IMG/VR virus record: IMGVR_UViG_3300036770_001537
Source of the DNA: a virus
DNA: 64,000 nt
Direction: 5' to 3' (one strand)
Both the position numbers and the translations under genes were made by a program. The notes under the pieces are model-generated. The model did not search any database, was not told the origin of the DNA, and was given only the letters and a program-made list of their open reading frames with translations. Below are positions 37,795 through 48,228 of this stretch, piece by piece; position 1 is the stretch's first letter; the number at the start of each line of letters is the position of its first letter.

Positions 37795-39098
37795 AGCAAA
37801 GCCGCTTGGTAGTGCATAGCGTCAAAATCTCTCTCTTTACCTAAATTGATAAATCCTTCATCATACCAAAATTGAACGAATGGCTCATATTCTGGTTTAC
37901 TCATTTGGGCCTTTTTCCAAGGGGTTCTTAGAGAATTTCTATCTGGGTCGATATCCACCGCAATTCCCCATGAGTGCATTGACCATGCAGAACCACCACG
38001 CATCTTACGAACATTTAGGCAACCACCAAAGTAGTGTAACCGAAGTTGAACAATCTTGTCATATCCATAATGTTCTAGAGTACGATTCCAGATTCTTTCC
38101 ATAGGCTCTTTTACTAATCTATGGCAAGTATATGAAGTCAGTTTAGATCGGGTATCCCATGCAAGAACCATAGTGAATGGAACATTACACTTAACTTGAT
38201 TTGATCCAGGCTCACCATAGAATCTCATACATTCGCTTTGTCTCGGCCATGCTCTTTTTGGTTGAACATTAACCTTCACAGGCTCATTTACTTTTACAAC
38301 AATTGGTTCAAGATAATCACTTTTACCAATCAATTTTGAATATTTAGTGTGGATTTTCAATAGGGTTTTTGCATAATCTGAAGCAGTTGCATACCCTGTT
38401 GTGCCTTGAATTTTGATTGCTTCTTCTACAGTTTTGGCTTGAAATAGTTTGGAATAACGATCATTGTTAATCAGAAGGTCCAAATAATCACCACAAGATT
38501 CATCAAGATTATTGTATGCCCTAAACTTTTGCTGAACACGAATCATCTTACCATTGACTTCTTCATTAGTCCATGCAATTCTTGAACCTGCTGGCCCTTC
38601 ACCTTTGATACCAAAGGCATTATTACCAACCATAGATTTACCATAACCAGTCTCAAGACAGTTTTGTGCTGCTCCAAGATGTGCGATAATTTCAGGATTT
38701 TCTACATCTTTTAGTTTTGCCATCGTAAACAATGATGTGTAAATTTTGGCATAATATTCTTCAGGCTTTAGTTTGACAGAATGATTTTCTTCTGCTTTGG
38801 CTCTTGATGACAATGTTACTTTGGCTTTGAATAGTTCTCTTGCATGTTCTGTAGAAGGACCAATTAGACCATCGATATTACCAACTTCAATGTCCATTGA
38901 TTTATACAGAAGCTGTTCACCAGCAATAATTAGTCTTGCATTATCCCATGTTTTTGCATCAACATTCTCATCATTCTTCAACACATCACGAATTGCTTGA
39001 TATGTGTCTTCTTTGAATTTTCCGTTGATCTTACCTTTGAAATGATTAGTGGAAGCCAGATACTTTTGTAGTTCCACCTTTGCGTCAATTACAGGCAT
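37791..39098 (-). CDS. multidomain peptidoglycan hydrolase (PG-binding + GH73 + M15 peptidase)
   Basis: IDGLIGPST; AQNCLETGYG..NNAFGIK..FRAY..GYAT; R..RGGSAWSMHSWGIAVDID..DAMHYQ. Confidence 0.85.
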   Translation of the reverse strand: MPVIDAKVELQKYLASTNHFKGKINGKFKEDTYQAIRDVLKNDENVDAKTWDNARLIIAGEQLLYKSMDIEVGNIDGLIGPSTEHARELFKAKVTLSSRAKAEENHSVKLKPEEYYAKIYTSLFTMAKLKDVENPEIIAHLGAAQNCLETGYGKSMVGNNAFGIKGEGPAGSRIAWTNEEVNGKMIRVQQKFRAYNNLDESCGDYLDLLINNDRYSKLFQAKTVEEAIKIQGTTGYATASDYAKTLLKIHTKYSKLIGKSDYLEPIVVKVNEPVKVNVQPKRAWPRQSECMRFYGEPGSNQVKCNVPFTMVLAWDTRSKLTSYTCHRLVKEPMERIWNRTLEHYGYDKIVQLRLHYFGGCLNVRKMRGGSAWSMHSWGIAVDIDPDRNSLRTPWKKAQMSKPEYEPFVQFWYDEGFINLGKERDFDAMHYQAALL

Positions 39099-39114
39099 TT
39101 TGCCCTCCTATAAT

Positions 39115-39150
39115 AAAAAGAGAGGGTGTCACCACCCTCTCCTACTTATA
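39115..39150 (-). promoter_or_regulatory. late promoter overlapping an intrinsic terminator
   Basis: TATAAGTA (39150-39143) then GAGAGGGTG/CACCCTCTC + U-tract. Confidence 0.7.
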
Positions 39151-39157
39151 AATGATT

Positions 39158-39637
39158 TTATTCGGTCAATAACTTTTTTTCGGCAGAAGACTCCTCCTTA
39201 GAACCAATTTCAATCTTCTTTGGTTTCTTATTTTCTGGAATGAATCGTTCCAACCAGATTTTAAGCATACCGTTGATTAGGTCAGCATTCTTTACTTCTA
39301 CTGTATCAGCAAGAGTAAATTTGCGTGTGAATGCACGATCCGCAATTCCTTTGAATAGGAACTCAGAATCTTCGTCACTATTCACTTGACCTTTGATTGT
39401 CAATGTTCCGTCTTCCATAACAATTTCAATATCCTGTTGTCCAAATCCGGCAACAGCGATTTCAATCACATATGTATTTTCACCAGTCTTACGAATATTG
39501 TAAGGAGGATATGTGGAAATTTTGGGAAGGGTTTCACTAATAGAAGACAGTTTTTTGATCATATCATCAAAACCAACTGTTCCTTTCGATACATTAGTGA
39601 AGCCGAATGGATCATATAGATTTACGCTTGTCATCAT
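39158..39637 (-). CDS. small heat-shock protein (Hsp20/IbpA-like)
   Basis: YPPYNI, IEIAVAGF, KGIADRAFTRKF, NGMLKI. Confidence 0.93.
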   Translation of the reverse strand: MMTSVNLYDPFGFTNVSKGTVGFDDMIKKLSSISETLPKISTYPPYNIRKTGENTYVIEIAVAGFGQQDIEIVMEDGTLTIKGQVNSDEDSEFLFKGIADRAFTRKFTLADTVEVKNADLINGMLKIWLERFIPENKKPKKIEIGSKEESSAEKKLLTE

Positions 39638-39642
39638 TTTTT

Positions 39643-39691
39643 AACTCCTATGTTAGCAAGTTATTATATTGTCTCCCTATAAGGCAAGACA
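39643..39691 (-). promoter_or_regulatory. ROSE-like RNA thermometer
   Basis: AACUUGCU-loop-AGGAGUU with bulged G opposite the SD, upstream of hsp20. Confidence 0.65.
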
Positions 39692-39768
39692 GAGTTGAGG
39701 TACGCAATAACCTTATCCCCAACATCACTATTTATAATACATTTTTATTGAGTTGTCAAGTATATTTT

Positions 39769-42700
39769 TTATGATGTCACCAAACCGGATGTTGTTGCTG
39801 ATCCAAAGTATGTTCCAGTAGCATTTCCGTTTAACCTAACTCCTATAAGTTGAGACCTTGCCGCACCTGATGATATGTTTATTCCATATCTTTGAGTCTC
39901 TGTGTATGAAAACCAAGGTGCTTTTCCAGCGGAACCACCAATCATCTGAAAACCATTTACTGTCGAAGACAAATATATCCCATCATAACCATTTGGAACG
40001 GCAGTTCCGTTATTATATACATCAATATCGGTCAATCCAATACCAGTTCCATTAAATACCGCTCCAAATGCGGCATGTCCGGCTATTTTACCATTAGACA
40101 GTCTAATTCCAGATGTATTCGTACCAAAATTCATACCAATGTCAGTGACTGCACCATGACAATATAAATTAGTTATGTTTAATCCTTCTAGATGTGAAAT
40201 ATACGCTGCATTATAATAATTAAACTCCAAATCCAAATTTTGCCCTTGAATAAATTGTGGATATGATCCGTATGGTAATCCTGGAGAATTTACACAATAT
40301 ATTCCAGTGTGGCCTCTTAATAACTGAACCTTATCCATATATATGGATGCAATAAACCCATCTATATGCAATAACTTGCAACTATTAGCGTGAGAACTTC
40401 CGGCAGAATTATTTCCAGCTAATATAACCCTTTCTAGATTTAATATATCCGATCTTTCTGTAGTACTATTTCTAGTTGAGCCTGAAGCATATATTTTCAT
40501 ACCATAATTTCCGCGAATATTTTCACAATAGAAATCTTCAAATGTTGTATTATGAACTTGTCTCATATTAACAGGGTTGTAACAATTATCAAGAAATACA
40601 TTATAAAAAGAAATTCCCTGTGTATGATCTAAATTGAAAACTATTCCTGTGTGATTTAGTCCATATATATAAATATTTTCAATATTCATCCAATATACTC
40701 TGGTTGATGTTCCACCAATAGTAAATAATGTAAATGTTCCAACTGGAGTTATTACGGTATTACCTATACCATCACCTACAATTTTTATGCCTCCTTTAGT
40801 TATAGAAGTTAATGCAGAAGTTACTTTATAATTTCCCTTTGGGAAATATAATATTCCTCCGTTAGAATTTATATATGCAATGGCAGAATTTATAGAAGAA
40901 GTATCATCATTAGAACCATTTCCAATTGCACCATAACTTTTAACATTTACCATATTCATGGTAGACCAAAGATTTGTACTATTTAATAATGTCGTGCTTG
41001 CTCCAGCCCCGGCCGTAGATAAATCAAATGTATATCCCCTAAATGTACCACCACTTTCAAAAATTCTTATATTATTTCCATTATTATCCAAAACAATGCT
41101 GCTGCCAGACAAAGTAGAAGTGGGGGCTTTAGTAAATCTAATTTCACCACCCTCAGCACCCGAAACTGATGTTCCACCTACTTCTAATGTTCCATTAATA
41201 ATTCCGCCAGTTTTGGCTAAAAATGTTGCAGTAGAATAAGCATTAGCTCCTATTCCGGTATTATAAGCAAGTAAATTAGCAGAATTGGCTTTATCATATG
41301 CAAGCTGTGTGATTGTTAAAGGAGAATAATATGATCCATGTTCTCCATCAAGTAAATCGGCATCTAGACCTGAACCAGAACCATCATTTCCTGCGTGCCA
41401 AACTTGTGCCTCATTATATTTCAATCCACCGGCACCTGCACTAGTAGCAGTAGTATCTACCTTTAACGTATTTGTCCATGAAGAAATTGTTTGTCCTGCG
41501 ACAGTTATTGGTGCTACAGATACACTAAAAACCCCAGCAGCCGAATCACTAGACATTACTAAAGCCACTGCCCCACCGTCAGATTCGTTGGTTCCCTTTG
41601 CAGCTATTACAGATCCATTGAAATAGTGTCCGGCTCTAATATTAAAGTTTCCGCCACCATCATTCCAAGAAATTCTTTTATGACCTCCATTGTCGAGTAA
41701 AATAGCACCACTGCTACCTGAAAACCATGCAGCACCTGTTGACAGAGATGTTGCAGTTGTACTATTAAAGTTGATCGTTTCGTTAAAAATCCAATCTCCA
41801 CTTATAGTCGCATTTTCTGTTTTTCTAGGAAAATCTGATGCTTGATATGTATCTAATGTGTCAGCATCTAGACCTGAACCAGAACCATCATTTCCTGCGT
41901 GCCAAACTTTATACTTGTTAGCACCCATTGACCAACCTCCAACAGAAAGTTGATTATCATCACCGCTCAATCCAAAATGAAACGCATAGTCACCACCTAC
42001 ATGAAAGGTTATTAATGCATCAGCACCTGCTGTTGGCTGATATACCTGAAGGCCATTTATTTGTCCTGTATTGGTTATATCAATAGCAGAATCATTGTAT
42101 ACTTGTAACACCCCACCACTAAATACATCACTTGCATTACTTCTCAAAAAACTAGTACTATCAAGCCCATCTAATGTTCCCGCATCACCTGTAATAGATA
42201 TTCCCCAAGTTCCAGATGCATCACCACCAGTTCTTGTTGGTACATTTAATGATGCCCTCATACCAGTTGCATCATTTTTTCTTATATACGAATCAGTGGA
42301 TGAGAAAAACACTGTCTCAGAAGATCGTGTGGTAACTGAATGACTCATATTAAAATATGATGCGAAACCATAACGACGATAATCATCGCCACTTGAGTTT
42401 CTTAGAACAATGGTATCTGCTGGTCCAGATGTTGAACCTACGCTTGCTGCATATCCATCTAGCAAATCAGCATCTAGACCTGAACCAACACCATCAACTG
42501 TCAATAGTGCAGATAGGATTTCTGATGCAGTTTGATCGGCAGTTGCACCAGATTCGATTCCATCAAGTTTTGTGCCGTCTGTTGCAATATCACGGCCATC
42601 TACTGTGCCAGTGACTGTAATATTTCCGCCAAAGTGTGAGTTACCATTAGAGAGGAATCTGGCAACAACTGTATCATAAGTTATATCAGTAGAATAATTT

Positions 42701-43917
42701 CCGCCACCTGAAATGATAGCAAAACTATCATTCACATCATTTTCCCTCAAACCGATAATTAAGTGTGCACTGCTTGGTGCGTAAATCAGTCCGCCGCCAG
42801 TTGAACCGGGTATCAAACCTGTTATATCAGTATTAGTTGATGAATAGTTAGTAAATGTACCAGATTTTAGTGTTATGTCACCAGTTGCAGTATCAGCAGC
42901 ATCACTTCGTAAGAAACTCGCAGCTTGGATTCCGTCTACCGTATCAGCATCTAATCCAGAACCAGAACCATCAACAGTTTTTATTTTGGTTAATATGTCT
43001 GATGCTGTATATGAACTTGAAGGTAAAAATGTTGCTGTAGCATAAGCATTAGCACCAGTGCCTACGGCAGTATTTGCACCAGCAATAACTGATAATAGAT
43101 AAGCATTAGCACCAGCACCAACTGATGCAGCATAAGCATTGGCACCAGCACCAACTGCTGTATTAGCACCAGCAATAACTGATCTTAAGAATGTGTTAGT
43201 GGATGTGGTAAATGCATTTGCACCAGCACCTACGGCAGTATTAGCACCAGCAATTGTAGCAGAAGTAAATGCATTAGCACCAGCACCTACGGCAGTATTA
43301 GCACCAGCAATAACTGATCTTAAGAATGTGTTAGTGGATGTGGTAAATGCATTAGCACCAGTGCCTACGGCAGTATTTGCACCAGCAATAACTGATCTTA
43401 AGAATGTGTTAGTGGATGTGGTAAATGCATTGGCACCAGCACCTACTGCTGTGTTAGCACCTGCTATAACTGATCTTAAGAATGTGTTAGTGGATGTAGT
43501 AAATGCATTAGCACCAGCACCTACGGCAGTATTAGCACCAGCAATTGTAGCAGAAGTAAATGCATTAGCACCTATTCCGGTATTATATGCTAACAAATTA
43601 GCAGCATTGGCTTTATCGTATGCAGCAATTGTCACAACAGAAATTTCACCACCACCTATAATTGCAATATCGTAAGCAGAGTTGGCTTTATCATATGCCA
43701 ACTCTGCAAGTTCAGTTGTTTGGGTTGTTAAAGATATTCCATTTACATATAGTGTTCCGTTTGGGGAAAGTTTTAGTTTTTCATCATCATTTATTGAAAA
43801 TTTTATTATGCTAGAATTTTCATTATATTCTGTAGCATTTACATTCAATCCTAGTCCTATATAATTAAAATAAGAATTTGCCCAAGTTGATGTTAAATTT
43901 GATATTGAAACAGGCAT
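39769..43917 (-). CDS. tail fibre/spike with C-terminal pectate-lyase-like beta-helix
   Basis: GSGSGLDAD repeats, VWHAGNDG, GANA/GANT repeats, VNVKSYGAIGNG..DDT..LYFPKGNY. Confidence 0.85.
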   Translation of the reverse strand: MPVSISNLTSTWANSYFNYIGLGLNVNATEYNENSSIIKFSINDDEKLKLSPNGTLYVNGISLTTQTTELAELAYDKANSAYDIAIIGGGEISVVTIAAYDKANAANLLAYNTGIGANAFTSATIAGANTAVGAGANAFTTSTNTFLRSVIAGANTAVGAGANAFTTSTNTFLRSVIAGANTAVGTGANAFTTSTNTFLRSVIAGANTAVGAGANAFTSATIAGANTAVGAGANAFTTSTNTFLRSVIAGANTAVGAGANAYAASVGAGANAYLLSVIAGANTAVGTGANAYATATFLPSSSYTASDILTKIKTVDGSGSGLDADTVDGIQAASFLRSDAADTATGDITLKSGTFTNYSSTNTDITGLIPGSTGGGLIYAPSSAHLIIGLRENDVNDSFAIISGGGNYSTDITYDTVVARFLSNGNSHFGGNITVTGTVDGRDIATDGTKLDGIESGATADQTASEILSALLTVDGVGSGLDADLLDGYAASVGSTSGPADTIVLRNSSGDDYRRYGFASYFNMSHSVTTRSSETVFFSSTDSYIRKNDATGMRASLNVPTRTGGDASGTWGISITGDAGTLDGLDSTSFLRSNASDVFSGGVLQVYNDSAIDITNTGQINGLQVYQPTAGADALITFHVGGDYAFHFGLSGDDNQLSVGGWSMGANKYKVWHAGNDGSGSGLDADTLDTYQASDFPRKTENATISGDWIFNETINFNSTTATSLSTGAAWFSGSSGAILLDNGGHKRISWNDGGGNFNIRAGHYFNGSVIAAKGTNESDGGAVALVMSSDSAAGVFSVSVAPITVAGQTISSWTNTLKVDTTATSAGAGGLKYNEAQVWHAGNDGSGSGLDADLLDGEHGSYYSPLTITQLAYDKANSANLLAYNTGIGANAYSTATFLAKTGGIINGTLEVGGTSVSGAEGGEIRFTKAPTSTLSGSSIVLDNNGNNIRIFESGGTFRGYTFDLSTAGAGASTTLLNSTNLWSTMNMVNVKSYGAIGNGSNDDTSSINSAIAYINSNGGILYFPKGNYKVTSALTSITKGGIKIVGDGIGNTVITPVGTFTLFTIGGTSTRVYWMNIENIYIYGLNHTGIVFNLDHTQGISFYNVFLDNCYNPVNMRQVHNTTFEDFYCENIRGNYGMKIYASGSTRNSTTERSDILNLERVILAGNNSAGSSHANSCKLLHIDGFIASIYMDKVQLLRGHTGIYCVNSPGLPYGSYPQFIQGQNLDLEFNYYNAAYISHLEGLNITNLYCHGAVTDIGMNFGTNTSGIRLSNGKIAGHAAFGAVFNGTGIGLTDIDVYNNGTAVPNGYDGIYLSSTVNGFQMIGGSAGKAPWFSYTETQRYGINISSGAARSQLIGVRLNGNATGTYFGSATTSGLVTS

Positions 43918-43929
43918 ATAAAAATTTCC

Positions 43930-44262
43930 TTATAATGTGATGAAATATGTTCTTTGATAATCTTGGGAGGGAAGCCCATTAAAGTGAGCATCTGTTGCAA
44001 CATATGCTCCACTATCGAGACATATTAAAATATTATCATTTTCAATTAAATAATTCTCATAATCTTGTAAATCTATTTCATCTGAAATATTAAATGTATT
44101 AAAAGTGAATCTTACACCAGATTCATCACCTGTTACAGTGTCTCCGGATTTAATTTCGCCTCGAATATCCATTAGTATAAGTGTGCTAGAGTTAGCATCA
44201 TAATATCTAACTCTAGCAGTGGAATTTCGAACTCTGACTATTTCATTTACATAGAAAGTCAA
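43930..44262 (-). CDS. hypothetical (probably virion) protein
   Basis: late-gene context. Confidence 0.6.
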   Translation of the reverse strand: MTFYVNEIVRVRNSTARVRYYDANSSTLILMDIRGEIKSGDTVTGDESGVRFTFNTFNISDEIDLQDYENYLIENDNILICLDSGAYVATDAHFNGLPSQDYQRTYFITL

Positions 44263-44579
44263 GATACTGCTCCCGTTCCTCCACCACTGGAACCATATAC
44301 GAAAGTATCTGATGATCGACCTTTAGGATCATTCACTCCAGGCGGATGTAATTTTAAATCTATTTCTTTAGTGGTGTCTCCTATGGCACATATAATAAAT
44401 TTATTCTCTACATATATGCTAGGCGGTCCGGTTACAGGTTTCAACCTACCTCCACCATGATCGCACACATCATCCTCAACTGCCCATAGTAAATTATTAA
44501 CAAATACTGTAGAATTTCCAAATACTTCTGTGGCAGCTCCACATTTTCTCTTGTCTGTGTCTCTATGTGCCCCTGGCAT
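44259..44579 (-). CDS. PAAR protein (gp5.4-like)
   Basis: MPGAHRDTD..CGA..STVFVN..H. Confidence 0.75.
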   Translation of the reverse strand: MPGAHRDTDKRKCGAATEVFGNSTVFVNNLLWAVEDDVCDHGGGRLKPVTGPPSIYVENKFIICAIGDTTKEIDLKLHPPGVNDPKGRSSDTFVYGSSGGGTGAVS

Positions 44580-44860
44580 TATTTCTTATATCCACTTTTA
44601 TCATATTCTGGGTTAAAATCAATCCTTGGTGCCTGCTCAACGATGTGTTTACCGGCACCAATATATACATTTTCTTGTGCTTGAAGGTTGATATTTTTAC
44701 CATCAAATTCAATGTCGGAGTCAGTAGTAAATTTTAGTTTACTATGACCCTCAACAGTGATTTCATTATTATCATCAATATGAATCTTAACCCCACCATA
44801 CACATTAATTGTGGTAGGCTTGGTTACATAAATTTCATCAAGTTTTAGGCTTTTTAGCAT
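44579..44860 (-). CDS. short beta-repeat protein (gp5 C-terminal-like)
   Basis: alternating beta pattern ending APRIDFN, next to PAAR. Confidence 0.5.
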   Translation of the reverse strand: MLKSLKLDEIYVTKPTTINVYGGVKIHIDDNNEITVEGHSKLKFTTDSDIEFDGKNINLQAQENVYIGAGKHIVEQAPRIDFNPEYDKSGYKK

Positions 44861-45371
44861 TACTAACTCCTGTAGAACCTAATCCGCCAACACGATTTGC
44901 TTTTAATTCTGGCTTATTCACAGTTTCAACAATATCATACTTCTCTTGTTTTACTAATTCGCCTTGGGCAATCCTATCACCATTTCTAACCCACATACCA
45001 ACAGTTGACCTATTATATAGAAGAACCATTAGCTCATCTACATAGTCAGAATCAATTACTGCTTCGCTGTTTGCTAAAACGATTCCTCGTTTGAGTGATA
45101 GACCTGATCTTGCGTGAAGTCTTACAGAATATCCTTCAGGAATATCTAGAATGAGTCCTGTAGGAACCATAACCCTTTCACCAGCATTAACGAATACATC
45201 ACCTTTCGGTGTATTTCTGGTAAAAGGTTTATTGGTCTCATTATATCCCGAATACCATTGTTTACCTGCACCTTGATATGCGATATCAAAACAAGCAGAT
45301 TGCTTGGTTGAAAATTCAGGTAATACAATATCAGGATGAGTTTTATACATAGACAATTTCACAGCCATCAT
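44838..45371 (-). CDS. dut: trimeric dUTPase
   Basis: SACFDI, VPTGL, ARSGL, VIDSDY, DRIAQ, RVGGLGSTG. Confidence 0.92.
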   Translation of the reverse strand: MMAVKLSMYKTHPDIVLPEFSTKQSACFDIAYQGAGKQWYSGYNETNKPFTRNTPKGDVFVNAGERVMVPTGLILDIPEGYSVRLHARSGLSLKRGIVLANSEAVIDSDYVDELMVLLYNRSTVGMWVRNGDRIAQGELVKQEKYDIVETVNKPELKANRVGGLGSTGVSNAKKPKT

Positions 45372-45566
45372 AATTTCCTTTCACTTACTTTTTCTTGCGG
45401 GGAGTCTTCTTCTTTTCTTTTTCTTTAAATTCTGGTTGACCGTCATTGTTCCAAGTAACATCTACGTTCTTGTTCTGCTTTAGGTCAATCTTTGGCATAT
45501 TTTCTTTCACTTTTTCATAAGTGGAAACTACCCAAATTTTGATTTTGTCAAACATTGTGTCCTCTG

Positions 45567-45977
45567 TTAGTTGACAGTTTCTTTGTTCTTTTTACCTATG
45601 GTATATTTAGTAACAAGTTTCCAGTCAGACTTTTCTTTATGAGAAATAACTTTGATTTGACTTAGTGTTGCCACTGGAGATTGAGTTTTACTCTCATCTA
45701 CCAAATCTAGCAATTCCCACTCATGAAGAAGATTGGCAATAGTATTTCTTCTTGCTTTATCATCTTCCGTGAAGTCTGAGCTTTTACCATCTAGTAAAAA
45801 CATTTCTTTGAAGTGGACGATATAATATTTGCCTTGTTTGTGTAAAATATGGCAAGATTGATATAGAGTCTTATCTTTTCGAGACGCAACACCAATCCTA
45901 GACAATGTTTCTCTAATCTTCAAAAAATCATCAGGCTCTTGAAGATTAACTTCTACGAGATCGTTTAAGTTTATCAT
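45567..45977 (-). CDS. regA: translational repressor RegA
   Basis: DDFLKIRETLSRIGVAS..LYQSCHILHKQGKYYIVHFKE. Confidence 0.95.
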   Translation of the reverse strand: MINLNDLVEVNLQEPDDFLKIRETLSRIGVASRKDKTLYQSCHILHKQGKYYIVHFKEMFLLDGKSSDFTEDDKARRNTIANLLHEWELLDLVDESKTQSPVATLSQIKVISHKEKSDWKLVTKYTIGKKNKETVN

Positions 45978-46356
45978 TTATACCACCTTTATCAAGTTTC
46001 TTCTTAATTTCATTAAGTTGTTCACCAGAAAGAACTCGTAGTGCATCTTTGGCTTTGTCATAAGAATAGTTGTAATATTCTTTAACGGCATCCAAATCTT
46101 CTATAACATCTTTCTTGTGCCACTTCTGATACGGTCTTTTGTATGACCGTATAGTATTTAGATAATAGTGATATTGTAAAAGTTTATCTGTGTTTGGATA
46201 CAGATTCATCTGATTGGCATATAGAGCACAATCATAATGCTGTGATAAAGCACGATTAACAACGAAAGGGTTATATTCCCTTTCGTTTTCTTCTGTGATT
46301 ACAGGTTCTTTGGTTTGTAGAATTGATGGGATAATGTCTTTGAATGTGTCTGTCAT
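45946..46356 (-). CDS. 62: clamp loader small subunit gp62
   Basis: YNPFVVNRALS..D; synteny 45-44-62-regA. Confidence 0.9.
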   Translation of the reverse strand: MTDTFKDIIPSILQTKEPVITEENEREYNPFVVNRALSQHYDCALYANQMNLYPNTDKLLQYHYYLNTIRSYKRPYQKWHKKDVIEDLDAVKEYYNYSYDKAKDALRVLSGEQLNEIKKKLDKGGINDKLKRSRRS

Positions 46357-47297
46357 TTCACCTCACAGTCTACCATAATTTCAGTTAGACAGGCAACAAG
46401 ATTAATCTCTTGGTCAGCAACAAATGCACTTTGATACTGATACCGAGCAATAATCACTACTGCCTGCGGAATACTTTCGGGCTTCATATACTCATACAGA
46501 CCATCATAAATCTTACGAAAGATTCGTGCAGGATCAATATCGGAATTTACGACAACCCATTTACGCATACCACCAAAGTTCTTTTCTTTTAGATTCTTAA
46601 TCAAATCAGACAGATTCTTGACATCTGTGATTTGAGCAATCATTCCAGCATCAATAGAACCGGAACCAGCATATCGTTGCAGTTCATTCAATGTCCTACG
46701 ATAATCTGGAAAGAACTTCTCTACAATCTTGATTAGAACCTGCTTATCATACTGAATATTCTCTGTTGTTAAAATCTCGCCAAGTCTCTTGAAGAATAGT
46801 GCAGCCATTTTTGGCCGTTCACCATTCACCAAAGTAAAGTCAATTACAGAACACCTTGAATGTAGAGCATCAATCAGACGAGATTTGAAGTTACAAGTAA
46901 AGATGAAGGTACAGTTGGCAGAAAATTCTTCAATTGCACCTCGCAACCCTGCTTGTGCTTCTGGTGTAATATAATCAGCCTCATCGAGAATGATGACTTT
47001 ACGACCACCAACAAGAGAAACTGTTGAAGCATAATTCTTGATTTTGGTTCTTAGAGTATCAATACCCCTTTCTTCGGACGAGTTAATGAATAGATAATTG
47101 ATGCCAATTTCTTCACACATAGCAATAGCCACAGTAGTTTTACCTACTCCGGCAGTACCAGTCAGCATCAAGTTTGGGATTGTCTTGGAATTAACATATT
47201 CCTGAAAGACCTTTTTCAGCCTTTCAGGAAGAATGCATTCCGAAACAGTCTTGGGCCTATACTTCTCCGTAAATAGAAACTCTTTATTTTCGCTCAT
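46353..47297 (-). CDS. 44: clamp loader large subunit gp44
   Basis: EKYRP, GTAGVGKTT, ILDEAD, SRC. Confidence 0.95.
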   Translation of the reverse strand: MSENKEFLFTEKYRPKTVSECILPERLKKVFQEYVNSKTIPNLMLTGTAGVGKTTVAIAMCEEIGINYLFINSSEERGIDTLRTKIKNYASTVSLVGGRKVIILDEADYITPEAQAGLRGAIEEFSANCTFIFTCNFKSRLIDALHSRCSVIDFTLVNGERPKMAALFFKRLGEILTTENIQYDKQVLIKIVEKFFPDYRRTLNELQRYAGSGSIDAGMIAQITDVKNLSDLIKNLKEKNFGGMRKWVVVNSDIDPARIFRKIYDGLYEYMKPESIPQAVVIIARYQYQSAFVADQEINLVACLTEIMVDCEVK

Positions 47298-47352
47298 GTT
47301 AAAATACCCTTTATAATAAATAATAGGACGATAGTTCACGGTGGAGAATTAC

Positions 47353-47928
47353 ATGGGACACATTTATATCATAAAAAATATGATTACGCAAGATATTTAT
47401 GTAGGAAAGACTATAAAAACCATAGAAGAAAGGATGCGGCAACATATATATAAATCTAGATATGGTGTAGACACTCATTTATATAGAGCAATAAGAAAAT
47501 ATGGTGAAATCAATTTTATAATTGAAAATTTAGAGACTGTTGAAAATTCTCAACTAAATTTACGAGAATGTCATCATATAGAATCCCTAAAACCTAGATA
47601 TAACATGACAGGAGGCGGTGATGGCGGAAATACATTTATTTTTATCACAGAAGACACAAGAAAAAAGATAAGTGAAAGCACAAAGGGCGAAAAAAACCCA
47701 ATGTATGGTAAACGTGGTAAAGATAATCCGAATTTTGGGAAAAAACGTGGAAAAAATATAAAAATAAGTAAATCTTTAAATAATCCTTGCATCTGTGAAG
47801 GCAATCTTTTCAATTCCATCACAGATGCGGAGAATTACTATCGTGGCAAATATTCTGTACGAAAAAGATTAGATAGTCCTAAATATGAAGATTGGTATAG
47901 ATTAGTTCCAAAAACAAGAAGAAAATAA
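47353..47928 (+). CDS. GIY-YIG (Seg-like) homing endonuclease, antisense to the operon
   Basis: HIYIIKN..YVGKT..R..H..E..YNMTGGGDG; NPMYGK; AATAAATA upstream. Confidence 0.85.
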   Translation: MGHIYIIKNMITQDIYVGKTIKTIEERMRQHIYKSRYGVDTHLYRAIRKYGEINFIIENLETVENSQLNLRECHHIESLKPRYNMTGGGDGGNTFIFITEDTRKKISESTKGEKNPMYGKRGKDNPNFGKKRGKNIKISKSLNNPCICEGNLFNSITDAENYYRGKYSVRKRLDSPKYEDWYRLVPKTRRK

Positions 47929-47933
47929 CTCGC

Positions 47934-48218
47934 TCACTTTAGAACTCCTTCATAAAATTCTTCAAACATCTTGTTTTCTTCCATTTCAGAAGAAAAGTTT
48001 GCCTTATGATGAACCTTTGCCATACGACGAATTAGTTTCTTATCAAGACCCAACTTTTCCGCCAGATCAGCAATTGCTTCTTTCTGTAGTTCTCGTTCGG
48101 CAGCAACTCGGGTCATAGAATCATCAAGTTCCTGAATACCCTTCTTGAGTTGTTGCTTTTGTTCAGATGATAGTGAATTTACGTTCATCACATTTTGGTT
48201 ATGACCCATTCCTGACAT
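47934..48218 (-). CDS. DsbA/GapR-like dsDNA-binding protein
   Basis: GHN N-terminus, helical body, GLDKKLIRRMAK. Confidence 0.65.
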   Translation of the reverse strand: MSGMGHNQNVMNVNSLSSEQKQQLKKGIQELDDSMTRVAAERELQKEAIADLAEKLGLDKKLIRRMAKVHHKANFSSEMEENKMFEEFYEGVLK

Positions 48219-48228
48219 AATATACTCC

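Noticed and set aside
43139-43675. Plus-strand APAPTAV repeat ORF
   Set aside because: Antisense shadow of the tail-fibre repeats.
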